Shown here piece by piece: positions 1 to 8,275 of a DNA stretch of 64,000 nt. The position numbers and the translations under genes are program-made. Every line of letters begins with the position of its first letter. Positions within the stretch are counted from its first letter, which is position 1. Source of the stretch: an uncultured Holophaga sp. (GTDB lineage: Bacteria > Acidobacteriota > Holophagae > Holophagales > Holophagaceae); NCBI GenBank assembly GCA_963664825.1, contig OY761614.1:1664001-1728000 (forward strand). Direction: 5' to 3'. A model generated the notes under the pieces. That model saw only the letters and a list, made by a program, of their open reading frames with translations, had not been told where the DNA came from and searched no databases.

Positions 1-1329
1 AAGGACCTCTTGAAGGAGCGCCGCTTCGATGCGGTCGTATCGGATCTGCGCCTGAAGGATGGCAGTGGCATCGAGCTCCTCCTCTGGATGAAGGAACAGG
101 CCATCGAGACGCCCGTGGTGATCATGACCGCCTTCGCCACCACGGAGACCACGGTGCAGGCCCTGAACCTGGGGGCCGTGGATTTCTTGACCAAGGCCAA
201 GAACGATCTCCAGGAACTCACGAAGGTCCTCAAGGGGCTCTTCGCCGTCCAAGCCTTTCCCGCGAACTCGGAGGTCCATGAATTGGGGGACCTCGTGGGC
301 GTGGGCGACACCATGCGGAAGGTCCAGGCCTTTGTGGGCAAGGTGGCCCTGGCCGATATCACCGTGCTCATCACCGGCGAGAGCGGCACGGGCAAGGAGA
401 TCGTGGCTCGGCTCATCCACCGCTATTCAGAGCGGGCGCGGGGGCCCTTCGTCCCCGTGAACGTCGGAGCTCTCCCGGAAAGCCTGCTGGAATCCGAACT
501 CTTCGGCTATGAGAAGGGGGCCTTCACCGGCGCCAATTCCACCAAGCGCGGCCTCTTCGAGGAGGCCCAAGGGGGAGTGATCTTCCTGGATGAGATCGGG
601 GAGATGCCCCTGCAGCTCCAGGTGAAGCTGCTGCGGGTGCTCCAGGAACGCCGCATCCGGCGCCTGGGCGCCAACGAGGAACGGGCCGTGGATGTGCGCG
701 TGATATGCGCCACCAACCAGAATCTCCGTCAGCGGGCCGAGCAGAACGAGTTTCGGCAGGATCTCTACTATCGCCTCAACATCCTGCATATCGAACTGCC
801 TCCCCTTCGGGAACGCCCGGAGGATCTGCCGGTGCTGGTGGAGCACTTCCTCTCCCGCTCCTGCCACAAGCTGGGCAAGCCGCCCATGACGCTCTCGGTC
901 GAGGCCTTCGAGGTGCTGGGCAAGTACGGCTTCCGCGGCAATGTGCGGGAATTGGAAAATCTCATGGAGCGCTGCGTGGCCCTGAACGCCGGAGGGCCCA
1001 TCGGCATCGATCTCTTTCCCGAGAACATCCTGGCTGAAGCCGAGGGCCGGGGCGATCGGAACTCCTTCGCGCCCCTGTGCCTGGAGATTCCTGCGGAGGG
1101 CTTCGATCTGGAGGCCTACCTGGGCAGTCTCAAGAGTCATCTCATGTTCAAGGCCCTGGAGCGCTGCGAGGGCAACCGCACCCGGGCTGCTCGTCTCCTG
1201 GGCATGAGCTTCCGGGCCTTCCGCTACTGGGTCCAGGAACTGGGAGGCACAGAGGCGCTCGCCACGGCCTTCCCGTGCCCCGAGAACCATCCCGCCAAGG
1301 CGCCTCCCGAACTCGACGCAGAGGGATGA
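1..1329 (+). CDS. Sigma54-dependent response regulator (NtrC/PilR-like), 5' end outside window
   Basis: Receiver remnant (VVSDLRLKDG), Walker A GESGTGKE, GAFTGA loop, FLDEIG, C-terminal Fis HTH (GNRTRAARLLG). Frame is open from base 1. Confidence 0.92.
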   Translation, partial: KDLLKERRFDAVVSDLRLKDGSGIELLLWMKEQAIETPVVIMTAFATTETTVQALNLGAVDFLTKAKNDLQELTKVLKGLFAVQAFPANSEVHELGDLVGVGDTMRKVQAFVGKVALADITVLITGESGTGKEIVARLIHRYSERARGPFVPVNVGALPESLLESELFGYEKGAFTGANSTKRGLFEEAQGGVIFLDEIGEMPLQLQVKLLRVLQERRIRRLGANEERAVDVRVICATNQNLRQRAEQNEFRQDLYYRLNILHIELPPLRERPEDLPVLVEHFLSRSCHKLGKPPMTLSVEAFEVLGKYGFRGNVRELENLMERCVALNAGGPIGIDLFPENILAEAEGRGDRNSFAPLCLEIPAEGFDLEAYLGSLKSHLMFKALERCEGNRTRAARLLGMSFRAFRYWVQELGGTEALATAFPCPENHPAKAPPELDAEG

Positions 1330-1426
1330 TCCCTTGTAAATTCCGTCATCAATGGCATACTGAAATGCTCGGGTAGATGCGTACCCTGCCTGATCTTTTT
1401 TTACCTATCTCCCTCCTGGGGCTCCC

Positions 1427-1888
1427 ATGCGCCAATTTCGACAGAAAGGCTTCTCGCTGCTCGAACTGCTCGTCGCCATGACGATTTTGGCGGTGATCGG
1501 GACCATTGGCTTCGTCCAGTTCAAGAAGAACACTGCCCAGGCCAGGCACATCAAGGCTCAGAGCTACATTGATGTCGTGGGTGGAGGCCTGGATAACTAC
1601 TACCTGAAGCACGGTGTTTTTCCGGATTTGGGCAGTTTCGAGGCCATGGTTGAAGCCAATTCCCCGCTGGTTAAGCAAGACTTGATTCCTCCGAACACAC
1701 CCTCCAAGGATCCCTGGGGCCAGCCCTTCGAGGGGGTCTCGGCAAAGGGCAATTACACGCTGAAATGCCTTGGTGACCCCACCCATCAGGAGGAATACGG
1801 GCCAATAACGAGGACGCCGGGTGCGTACTCTGGTTCGACTTCGCCCGAAGCCCCCGCCCCAGCCCCTGGTGGAGAGGCACCTAAATGA
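1427..1888 (+). CDS. Type IV prepilin-like / GspG-like pseudopilin
   Basis: Class III signal KG|FSLLELLVAM followed by a hydrophobic helix; GspG-type KDPWGQPF motif. Confidence 0.85.
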   Translation: MRQFRQKGFSLLELLVAMTILAVIGTIGFVQFKKNTAQARHIKAQSYIDVVGGGLDNYYLKHGVFPDLGSFEAMVEANSPLVKQDLIPPNTPSKDPWGQPFEGVSAKGNYTLKCLGDPTHQEEYGPITRTPGAYSGSTSPEAPAPAPGGEAPK

Positions 1889-2442
1889 TCGAGCTGGCTA
1901 AGCTCGGCGCCGAAGGCGTCCGCCTGGAGGGAGTCGAAGCCCTGTTGCCCCTGGAGGGCAAGGAGGGTCTTCGTGATCTCCATTGGAGCCTCTTCGCGCT
2001 GCCCTCGGGCGAGGATGTGTTCCTGGAAATCCGCGGGAAGGCGATCTGGGATTGCACCTGTTCCCGCTGCCTGGAACCCTTCGATCAGCCCCTTGAATTC
2101 ACGAGCCAGTTCCTGGGGAGCAAGGATCCCGATCTAGTGGCCCGGGGCTCCCATGCCCTCGGCACTCAGGATCTGGATGTGGTCTTCCTGCCCGAGACCG
2201 AACTCGACGAACTCTCCCTGGTGCGCGAACAGTCCCTGCTTCAACTGCCCATGCACCCCCTCTGCAAAGAGGAATGTCAGGGACTCTGTCCCAGATGTGG
2301 TAAAAATTGGAACAAGGGGCGCTGCAATTGCCCCCCTGAGGCGCCGAAAGAACCCAGCGCACTCGCCAAGGCTCTCTCCGGGTTGAATCTGGTTTTTGAC
2401 AACCCTTCCCCAGATGCCGAGAAACTCGACCTGGAATCCTGA
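1885..2442 (+). CDS. yceD: YceD/DUF177 family protein
   Basis: CSRCL and LCKEECQGLCPRCG motifs; canonical position upstream of rpmF. Confidence 0.9.
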   Translation: MIELAKLGAEGVRLEGVEALLPLEGKEGLRDLHWSLFALPSGEDVFLEIRGKAIWDCTCSRCLEPFDQPLEFTSQFLGSKDPDLVARGSHALGTQDLDVVFLPETELDELSLVREQSLLQLPMHPLCKEECQGLCPRCGKNWNKGRCNCPPEAPKEPSALAKALSGLNLVFDNPSPDAEKLDLES

Positions 2443-2466
2443 AAACCGACACCATACGAGGTCCCC

Positions 2467-2652
2467 ATGCCGAATCCTAAGCGCCGCCACTCCCGCGCCC
2501 GTCGTGACCGTCGGCGCACCCACGACTCCCTGGACACCATGAGCTCCAGCACCTGCCCGAACTGCGGCGTAGCCAAGCTGCCCCATCGCGTGTGCCCCTC
2601 TTGCGGGTTCTACCGCGGCAAGCAGGCGGTCCGGACTCAGCAGACGGTCTGA
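2467..2652 (+). CDS. rpmF: 50S ribosomal protein L32 (Zn-ribbon form)
   Basis: MPNPKRRHSRARRDRRR...CPNCG...PHRVCPSCGFY. Confidence 0.97.
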   Translation: MPNPKRRHSRARRDRRRTHDSLDTMSSSTCPNCGVAKLPHRVCPSCGFYRGKQAVRTQQTV

Positions 2653-2660
2653 GCAGCCGG

Positions 2661-3713
2661 GTGGACACTCCCTCGGTCTATCGAATTGCACTGGACGCGA
2701 TGGGGGGCGATCATGCCCCTCGCGCCACGCTGGACGGGGCTAAGCTCGCCCTGACGCAGCACGAGGATCTCTTCCTCCTGCTCGTCGGCGACGAGGGGAA
2801 GCTGCGCCCGCTCCTCAAGCACCATGGAATCATCGGTGAACTGGCCGAGCGCGTGGAGATCGTCCATGCGGATTCCGTGGTCACCATGGAAGACAAGCCG
2901 ACTTCCGTCCTCAAGGACAAGAAGGATAGTTCCATCCGCGTCGCCACTCAGCTTGTGCGCGAGGGCAGGGCCGATGGCGTGGTGAGCATGGGGAATACCG
3001 GGGCCGCCATGGTGGCCTCCGTCATGGTCATCGGCACCCTGGATGGCGTGGACCGGCCCTGTCTGGCCAATGCCATGCCCAACATGAAGGGGCGCCCCAC
3101 GGTGCTCCTGGATGTGGGCGCCAATGTGGACAGCAAGCCCGAGCACGTGGCCCAGTTCGCCCTCATGGGCGCCGTCTATGCCGAGGAAGTGCTCGGCGTG
3201 AAGCACCCGCGCATCGGCCTGCTCAGCGTCGGCGAAGAGGACACCAAGGGCAACGAGACCACCCGTGCCGCCGCTCAGATCCTCAGGGGGATCGATATCA
3301 ATTTCGTGGGCAACGCCGAAGGCCGGGATATCTGGAACGGCACCTTCGATGTGGTGGCCTGCGATGGTTTCGTGGGGAACGTGGTGCTCAAGTCCTCCGA
3401 GTCCTTGGCCGAGGGCATCATGCGGGGGCTCAAGGAGAGCCTCAACCAGAGCTTCCGGGCCAAGGTGGGAGGCCTCCTCGCCAAGAACGCCATGAAGAGC
3501 TTCATCAAGAGGCTCGACTACGCGGAATACGGCGGCGCTCCCCTCCTGGGCGTGAAGGGCGTCTCCATCATCGGTCATGGCCGCAGCGATGGTCGGGCCG
3601 TGGCCAGCGCCATCCGCGCCGCGCTTCGTGCCTGTGAACACCGGGTGAATGAGAACATCCAGACTTCCCTCCGCCGAATGCTGCCCACGGTCCCCAGCGG
3701 CGAAGGGCGCTGA
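2661..3713 (+). CDS. plsX: Phosphate acyltransferase PlsX
   Basis: IALDAMGGDHAP, VSMGNTGA, LLDVGAN, YGGAPLLG. Start moved to the in-frame GTG at 2661 after the rpmF stop. Confidence 0.95.
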   Translation: MDTPSVYRIALDAMGGDHAPRATLDGAKLALTQHEDLFLLLVGDEGKLRPLLKHHGIIGELAERVEIVHADSVVTMEDKPTSVLKDKKDSSIRVATQLVREGRADGVVSMGNTGAAMVASVMVIGTLDGVDRPCLANAMPNMKGRPTVLLDVGANVDSKPEHVAQFALMGAVYAEEVLGVKHPRIGLLSVGEEDTKGNETTRAAAQILRGIDINFVGNAEGRDIWNGTFDVVACDGFVGNVVLKSSESLAEGIMRGLKESLNQSFRAKVGGLLAKNAMKSFIKRLDYAEYGGAPLLGVKGVSIIGHGRSDGRAVASAIRAALRACEHRVNENIQTSLRRMLPTVPSGEGR

Positions 3714-3733
3714 ATTTGCTTTAGTCATGTGTG

Positions 3734-3763
3734 AAACCCCGGTCCCCGTGCCGGGGTTTTTTT
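3734..3763 (+). terminator. Intrinsic terminator after plsX
   Basis: AAACCCCGG-loop-CCGGGGTTT followed by a T run. Confidence 0.75.
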
Positions 3764-3791
3764 GAAACAATCGCTACAATCCGGAGTCTCC

Positions 3792-4496
3792 ATGAAGTTC
3801 AAGCGCATCCTCCTGAAGCTATCCGGCGAGGCCCTCATGGGCGCACAGGCAGGCGGCATCGATCCCGCGGTGGTCACGATGGTCGCCAACCAGGTGAAGG
3901 CCATCCAGGAGTTGGGCGTTGAAATCGGTCTGGTGATCGGCGGGGGCAATATCTTCCGCGGCGTGGCCGGGGCCACCAAGGGCATGGACCGGGTCACGGG
4001 GGACCACATGGGCATGCTGGCCACCATGATCAACGCCCTGGCCCTCCAGGACTCCCTGGAACAGAAGGGTGTCCAGACCCGGGTCATGAGCGGCATCGAG
4101 ATGCCCAAGATCTCCGAAAGCTACATCCGGCGCCGGGCCGTCCGCCATCTGGAAAAGGGCCGCGTCGTCATCTTCGGCGCGGGTACGGGCAATCCATACT
4201 TCTCCACCGACACAGCCGCCGCTCTGCGGGCCAACGAGATCGCGGCCCAGGTGGTGATGAAGGCCACCAACGTCGATGGCGTCTACAGTGCCGACCCCAA
4301 GAAGGACCCCACGGCCACCAAGTACGACCGGGTGGGCTACCAGGAGGTTCTGGAGAGGGGCCTGAAGGTCATGGATGCCGCGGCCATCGCCCTCTGCATG
4401 GAAAACAAGCTGCCCATCCTGGTCTTCAGCATGGCGGAGCCGGGTAACCTGCTGGCCGCCGTGGAGGGCAAGGTCATCGGGACGCTCGTGGGCTGA
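3792..4496 (+). CDS. pyrH: UMP kinase
   Basis: [39 protein letters not shown] at 3792 has a GGAG RBS. Confidence 0.97.
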   Translation: MKFKRILLKLSGEALMGAQAGGIDPAVVTMVANQVKAIQELGVEIGLVIGGGNIFRGVAGATKGMDRVTGDHMGMLATMINALALQDSLEQKGVQTRVMSGIEMPKISESYIRRRAVRHLEKGRVVIFGAGTGNPYFSTDTAAALRANEIAAQVVMKATNVDGVYSADPKKDPTATKYDRVGYQEVLERGLKVMDAAAIALCMENKLPILVFSMAEPGNLLAAVEGKVIGTLVG

Positions 4497-4700
4497 GCCC
4501 TTCCGCCCCCAGTGCACGTCCACGGTCTTCACGCCGTGCGTCTCGCAGCGGCAGCGAGGCACCTGGGCCGTGAGATAGGCCGCGTGCTGAAAGAAGTCAG
4601 GGTGCCGCCAGGTCTTCTCCTCTATGTCGTGGGCCTTGCTCGGCTCCCCGCACTCGGGACACGGGAAGGAAGCCCCCTGTTGGAAGTCCAGCCGCGTGGA
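4495..4700 (-). pseudogene. ISL3-family transposase N-terminal (zinc-ribbon) remnant
   Basis: Minus frame RLDFQQGASFPCPECG...HDIEEKTWRHPDFFQHAAYLTAQVPRCRCETHGVKTVDVHW matches the ISL3 zinc-finger region. It is truncated at the pyrH stop. Ends are approximate. Confidence 0.8.
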
Positions 4701-4923
4701 TGCACTGGAGCTATCCGGCCCCGGTGACGCCGGTTGGCAGACCCACACCCGAAATTGGGCGCTTTGGCTTGAGCCGCATGGTACTCACGTGCGCCCAAAT
4801 TCGGATTTCAGTGTACGACGCTCTGATTGCGCTCTGCTGTCGGAATGACATGCTCGGGGTGTTTATGGGGTTGACCAACAAAGGAGGCATAACCTAAAAT
4901 TAATCCCCAACCAAGGAGGCCTC

Positions 4924-5103
4924 ATGGCCAAGCTTATTCTCAATCACAACTTCAAGCGTGTTGACCCCACGACGCTTAATAAAATGGTCACTGGTGGTAG
5001 CTTTTGCGATGTCCTGGCGGAGTCGCGGATGACTGCTGCAAGACAAGGTGACAACGTGCGCCATACTTTTTTGTGTCACATGTATGTCACTCTCTGCCAA
5101 TAA
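4924..5103 (+). CDS. Putative double-glycine-leader peptide precursor (bacteriocin/RiPP), 59 aa
   Basis: Hand translation: MAKLILNHNFKRVDPTTLNKMVTGG|SFCDVLAESRMTAARQGDNVRHTFLCHMYVTLCQ. AAGGAGG RBS at 4913-4919, tandem TAATAG stop, downstream terminator, and a C39 transporter in the same island. Confidence 0.8.
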   Translation: MAKLILNHNFKRVDPTTLNKMVTGGSFCDVLAESRMTAARQGDNVRHTFLCHMYVTLCQ

Positions 5104-5130
5104 TAGGTAAATATTGATTGTGTTTTGTGT

Positions 5131-5163
5131 GCCGCCTGAGATATTCTCGGGCGGTTTGTTTGT
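5131..5163 (+). terminator. Intrinsic terminator after the precursor gene
   Basis: GCCGCCTGAGA-TAT-TCTCGGGCGGT hairpin (with G-U pairs) followed by TTGTTTGT. Confidence 0.65.
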
Positions 5164-5169
5164 GTCCGG

Positions 5170-5365
5170 TGTCGACAAATGGTGCCTATCTTTTTGCACA
5201 ATATCACCATGTGCAAGAGGACCTTCGAAGAGATGGTCGAATCCGGGAGGCGAGCCTTGAGGTCTGGATCACTCGTGTTCCGCGGCTCGGGCACTTACTG
5301 CCCCTGAGGTGGCGATTCTGAAATTCTGGCACCGAACAGGCCCATGCGGTTCGACCTCGGCACGG
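5170..5365 (+). pseudogene. Degenerate IS1595-like transposase 5' remnant
   Basis: 5209-5253 matches the reverse complement of 8094-8138 at 33/45 nt by hand (MCKRTFEEMVESGR vs MRKEAFEGMLESVG). Ends are uncertain. Confidence 0.5.
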
Positions 5366-5707
5366 AATATTACAGAAATTTTCAAAATTAATAACTCAAA
5401 AAAACATGTATCTCGAGCTTTAGGCGTAGAGCTAATTGGGTCGATTTAAATTAATTGATCCGGTGGCTATGGAAATATGACTATTCCCATGTCAGTCTTG
5501 GGTTCTTTGATTGTCAACTTTCCGCCAAATTAATTGATTTCCTTGCTGCTGGTTGGTATATTACTGTTTATTGCTACCCAATAGGATGATTCGTTAGTGA
5601 TTATCGTTGATGTTACCAATGACAAGGTTTTATCTGTAATAAGTATAGATTTGGATAAGGTTGAATTCTCGAATTGACGAAAGGTATTTTCTCGGGGTAA
5701 ATAGATA

Positions 5708-7336
5708 ATGAACAAATATGATGTCCAGATTGTTGATGTGGTTGATCACCTCTTAGGGCATCTTGGACTATACAAGAAAAAAAAAGATGTGTTTTACGAT
5801 TTAATGTGTCATCCTCGATTCCCTTCGATTTTATCCATTGTGGATACCTTGAAATTATGGGGCATTTCAAGTGACGCCTACTATTTTCAGGTCGATAAAG
5901 ATCTTGATGGAGAATTACCAGGGATTGCGAGATTGAAAACCGATGATTTTGTAGCAATTCACAGCATAAAAAATAATTGTGTAACTTACTGGCACCCGAA
6001 GCATGGGACATGCATACATGGAGCTGACAAGTTTGAATTTCTCAGAGAAGTAATATTGGTTGACAAGTGTGATGTGAGTAGGATAAAACCAATTGGTTCA
6101 CTCGGTAATGTTTTAGATTACAAGTTTATTAGCGTTTATGCTGTATTAGCGCTGTTGGCTCCTTTTGTATTGGTGTCGGGATATTTTACAAAATACTGGC
6201 TTGCATTTTTATTAGTCTTATTGACTGAGATCGTGTTAAGTCTGATTTTGTATCTTTCACAATTTTCAGATAGAGGTTCGCCAGGATATTTGTGCCCAAC
6301 TAATCGGTTCTTTGATTGTTCCTCGGTTATAAATTCTCCAGCAGGGGAACTATTTGGTAAGCCCATGAGCGAGTGGGGAATCATAATATTTGGTGGTTGT
6401 CTTTTGACGGTATTTATAGCATCTATACTTAAGGTTCTGCCAGATATAATCCCTTGGCTAATGTTGGAGCACCTTCTGATATTGTTATATTGTATGTATT
6501 TAATTTTGTACCAAAGCGTAGTTATTAAGAAGTGGTGTATTTTGTGTTGTATTGTGCATGGGCTAATTGCATCGAATTTATTCCTATTGGTAAGTATTTT
6601 ACAACATCAGCAACGATCTGATCGTTTTTTTATTGCAAAAGTATCAATAAGCATGGTTGCGGGAGTGTGCTATTCGTTTATCGTCTGGTCGATGTATAAA
6701 AAAATTATCAACATGTTGCATGACAATAGGCAAAATAAAATTGAACTATTGCGAGTCAGGCGCGATCCGACATATATCGAAAGTTTGATTTCCAGCGAGG
6801 TACCTCTCCGGATCGATCGATTTCATCGAGAATTGATCTGGGGTGATCCAATAGCACCGAGGACAATTACAATTGTAATAGGTCTTGGGTGCCGCTACTG
6901 CAGGAACTTAGTAGAAGCTCTGGATAAACTTGTTATGTCTGAATTTAAAAATTACAAAATTTTCGTAAGATTCATAGGACAAGAGGATGGTTCGCGTATT
7001 ACTTTGAACGATTCTGTGGTATTGCGTTTAATAGAAATATCTATGCATAACGGCGGGGCTCAGGCAATGCAGGCGCTGATGGATTATTATTCAATGCAAA
7101 CAAATGTTAAAAATAAATATTTATATACGTGGTTGGAAAAGTATAACCTAAATTATGCTGATATCTCTAGAGAGGCGCATGCGTTGTATAAGCAACACAA
7201 TAAATGGCGCAATGATATGGGAATAGTTGAAGTGCCTACGGTATTGATTGATGGGGTAGCTTTGCCTAAAAATATTCCACAAATAGATGCAATATATTAT
7301 ATTCTAAAAAAAGATAGAGAAATTATCGGGGGTTAA
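5708..7336 (+). CDS. Fusion of C39-like domain, VKOR membrane domain and DsbA/thioredoxin-like domain
   Basis: N-terminal HPRFPSILSIVDTL...LPGIARL resembles a degenerate C39 fold. VKOR loop LCPTNRFFDCSSVINS and WCILC. Thioredoxin-like WGDPIAP...GCRYC...VPTVLIDG. Strongly AT-rich compared with the flanks. Confidence 0.8.
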   Translation: MNKYDVQIVDVVDHLLGHLGLYKKKKDVFYDLMCHPRFPSILSIVDTLKLWGISSDAYYFQVDKDLDGELPGIARLKTDDFVAIHSIKNNCVTYWHPKHGTCIHGADKFEFLREVILVDKCDVSRIKPIGSLGNVLDYKFISVYAVLALLAPFVLVSGYFTKYWLAFLLVLLTEIVLSLILYLSQFSDRGSPGYLCPTNRFFDCSSVINSPAGELFGKPMSEWGIIIFGGCLLTVFIASILKVLPDIIPWLMLEHLLILLYCMYLILYQSVVIKKWCILCCIVHGLIASNLFLLVSILQHQQRSDRFFIAKVSISMVAGVCYSFIVWSMYKKIINMLHDNRQNKIELLRVRRDPTYIESLISSEVPLRIDRFHRELIWGDPIAPRTITIVIGLGCRYCRNLVEALDKLVMSEFKNYKIFVRFIGQEDGSRITLNDSVVLRLIEISMHNGGAQAMQALMDYYSMQTNVKNKYLYTWLEKYNLNYADISREAHALYKQHNKWRNDMGIVEVPTVLIDGVALPKNIPQIDAIYYILKKDREIIGG

Positions 7337-7716
7337 TCTATATTACTGTCGAATTGCATATGGTCGAATCAAGATTTAGTCCATTATGAAATAACGGAGA
7401 AATTCAATATCTGCGCGATTATTGGTTTTTGAATTGTGGTATAATGATAAATGTATAGGTCAAAATGGATGTTGGCGAGGAGCTAAGTCTCAGACACTGC
7501 TTGACGCCGATCGAGCGTGAAAGCAGCTGGTTTGCATCGGACAGTACCTTCGCGAGCCTGAGTGGTCGGCACTGTATAATCCAACAAACGCAATCCTGAT
7601 ACGTTTTTATGGGGATCTATCGCATTTAAGAAAGATTAGGGTGAGCTGGGTGGTGAATACGATGGGATAATCTCTAGGTCAAGGCATACGGGTCACTAGT
7701 GTCCCACGATTGCATT

Positions 7717-8208
7717 GGCTATGTTCGCGTTGTTCGTTGGTAGTGATCTGCCCCGAGTGAAACCCGGATGAGTTTGCTTGGCGTGAGGGTTTCGGAGTGG
7801 CCATCCAGGAGGCGGTGCCAGCCGAGGTAGTTGGGGAGATAGTAGGTGCCGACGCCATGGAACCGGGCGATCCAGGCCTTGAGGCGGCTGTAGTAGGCGT
7901 TGACGTTCTGGACGTGGAAGGCCTGGCGAATGCGTATGTGGGCACTCAGGTTCACAGATTCGTGCACGATGGCCATGGATTTGGCGAACGCTTCGTAAAC
8001 CGGGCACCCTACGGAACCGGCCTCGCCGGAACTCTTACACCACGAGATGGGACGCGGGCTCTCCACCAGCGCGTTTCGTTGCCCCGGCGTCAATCGCCCT
8101 ACGGATTCCAGCATCCCCTCGAAGGCTTCCTTGCGCATGGCAACCTCCCGCACAAGTCCAGTTCACTTATCGACTTGGGAAATACCCATGATTAGCGCAG
8201 ACATAGCC
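7717..8208 (-). mobile_element. Internally deleted IS1595-family element (492 bp, non-autonomous)
   Basis: Imperfect terminal IRs GGCTATGTTCGCG / GGCTATGTCTGCG. Perfect 8-bp direct repeat ATTGCATT at 7709-7716 and 8209-8216. Residual ORF joins the transposase N-terminus to the C-terminal HVQNVNAYYSRLK..RFHGV..YL..YLGW. Confidence 0.88.
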
Positions 8209-8275
8209 ATTGCATTTGTATCTATTTTATGTGTACCTGTTATCTGCGAAGGTCCTCTGTCCATCTGGAGCTCCA

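Noticed and set aside
1353..1369. Sigma54 promoter for the pilin-like gene (TGGCATACTGAAATGCT)
   Set aside because: GG-to-GC spacing is 11 rather than 10. A sigma70-like TTGTAA...CATACT fits at least as well.
4900..5199. 99-aa minus-strand ORF from the track
   Set aside because: It is antisense to the better-supported precursor gene, which has an RBS, a GG motif and a terminator.
7465..7599. 44-aa ORF as a second precursor or immunity gene
   Set aside because: No GG leader, weak RBS and no hydrophobic segment. It cannot be supported.
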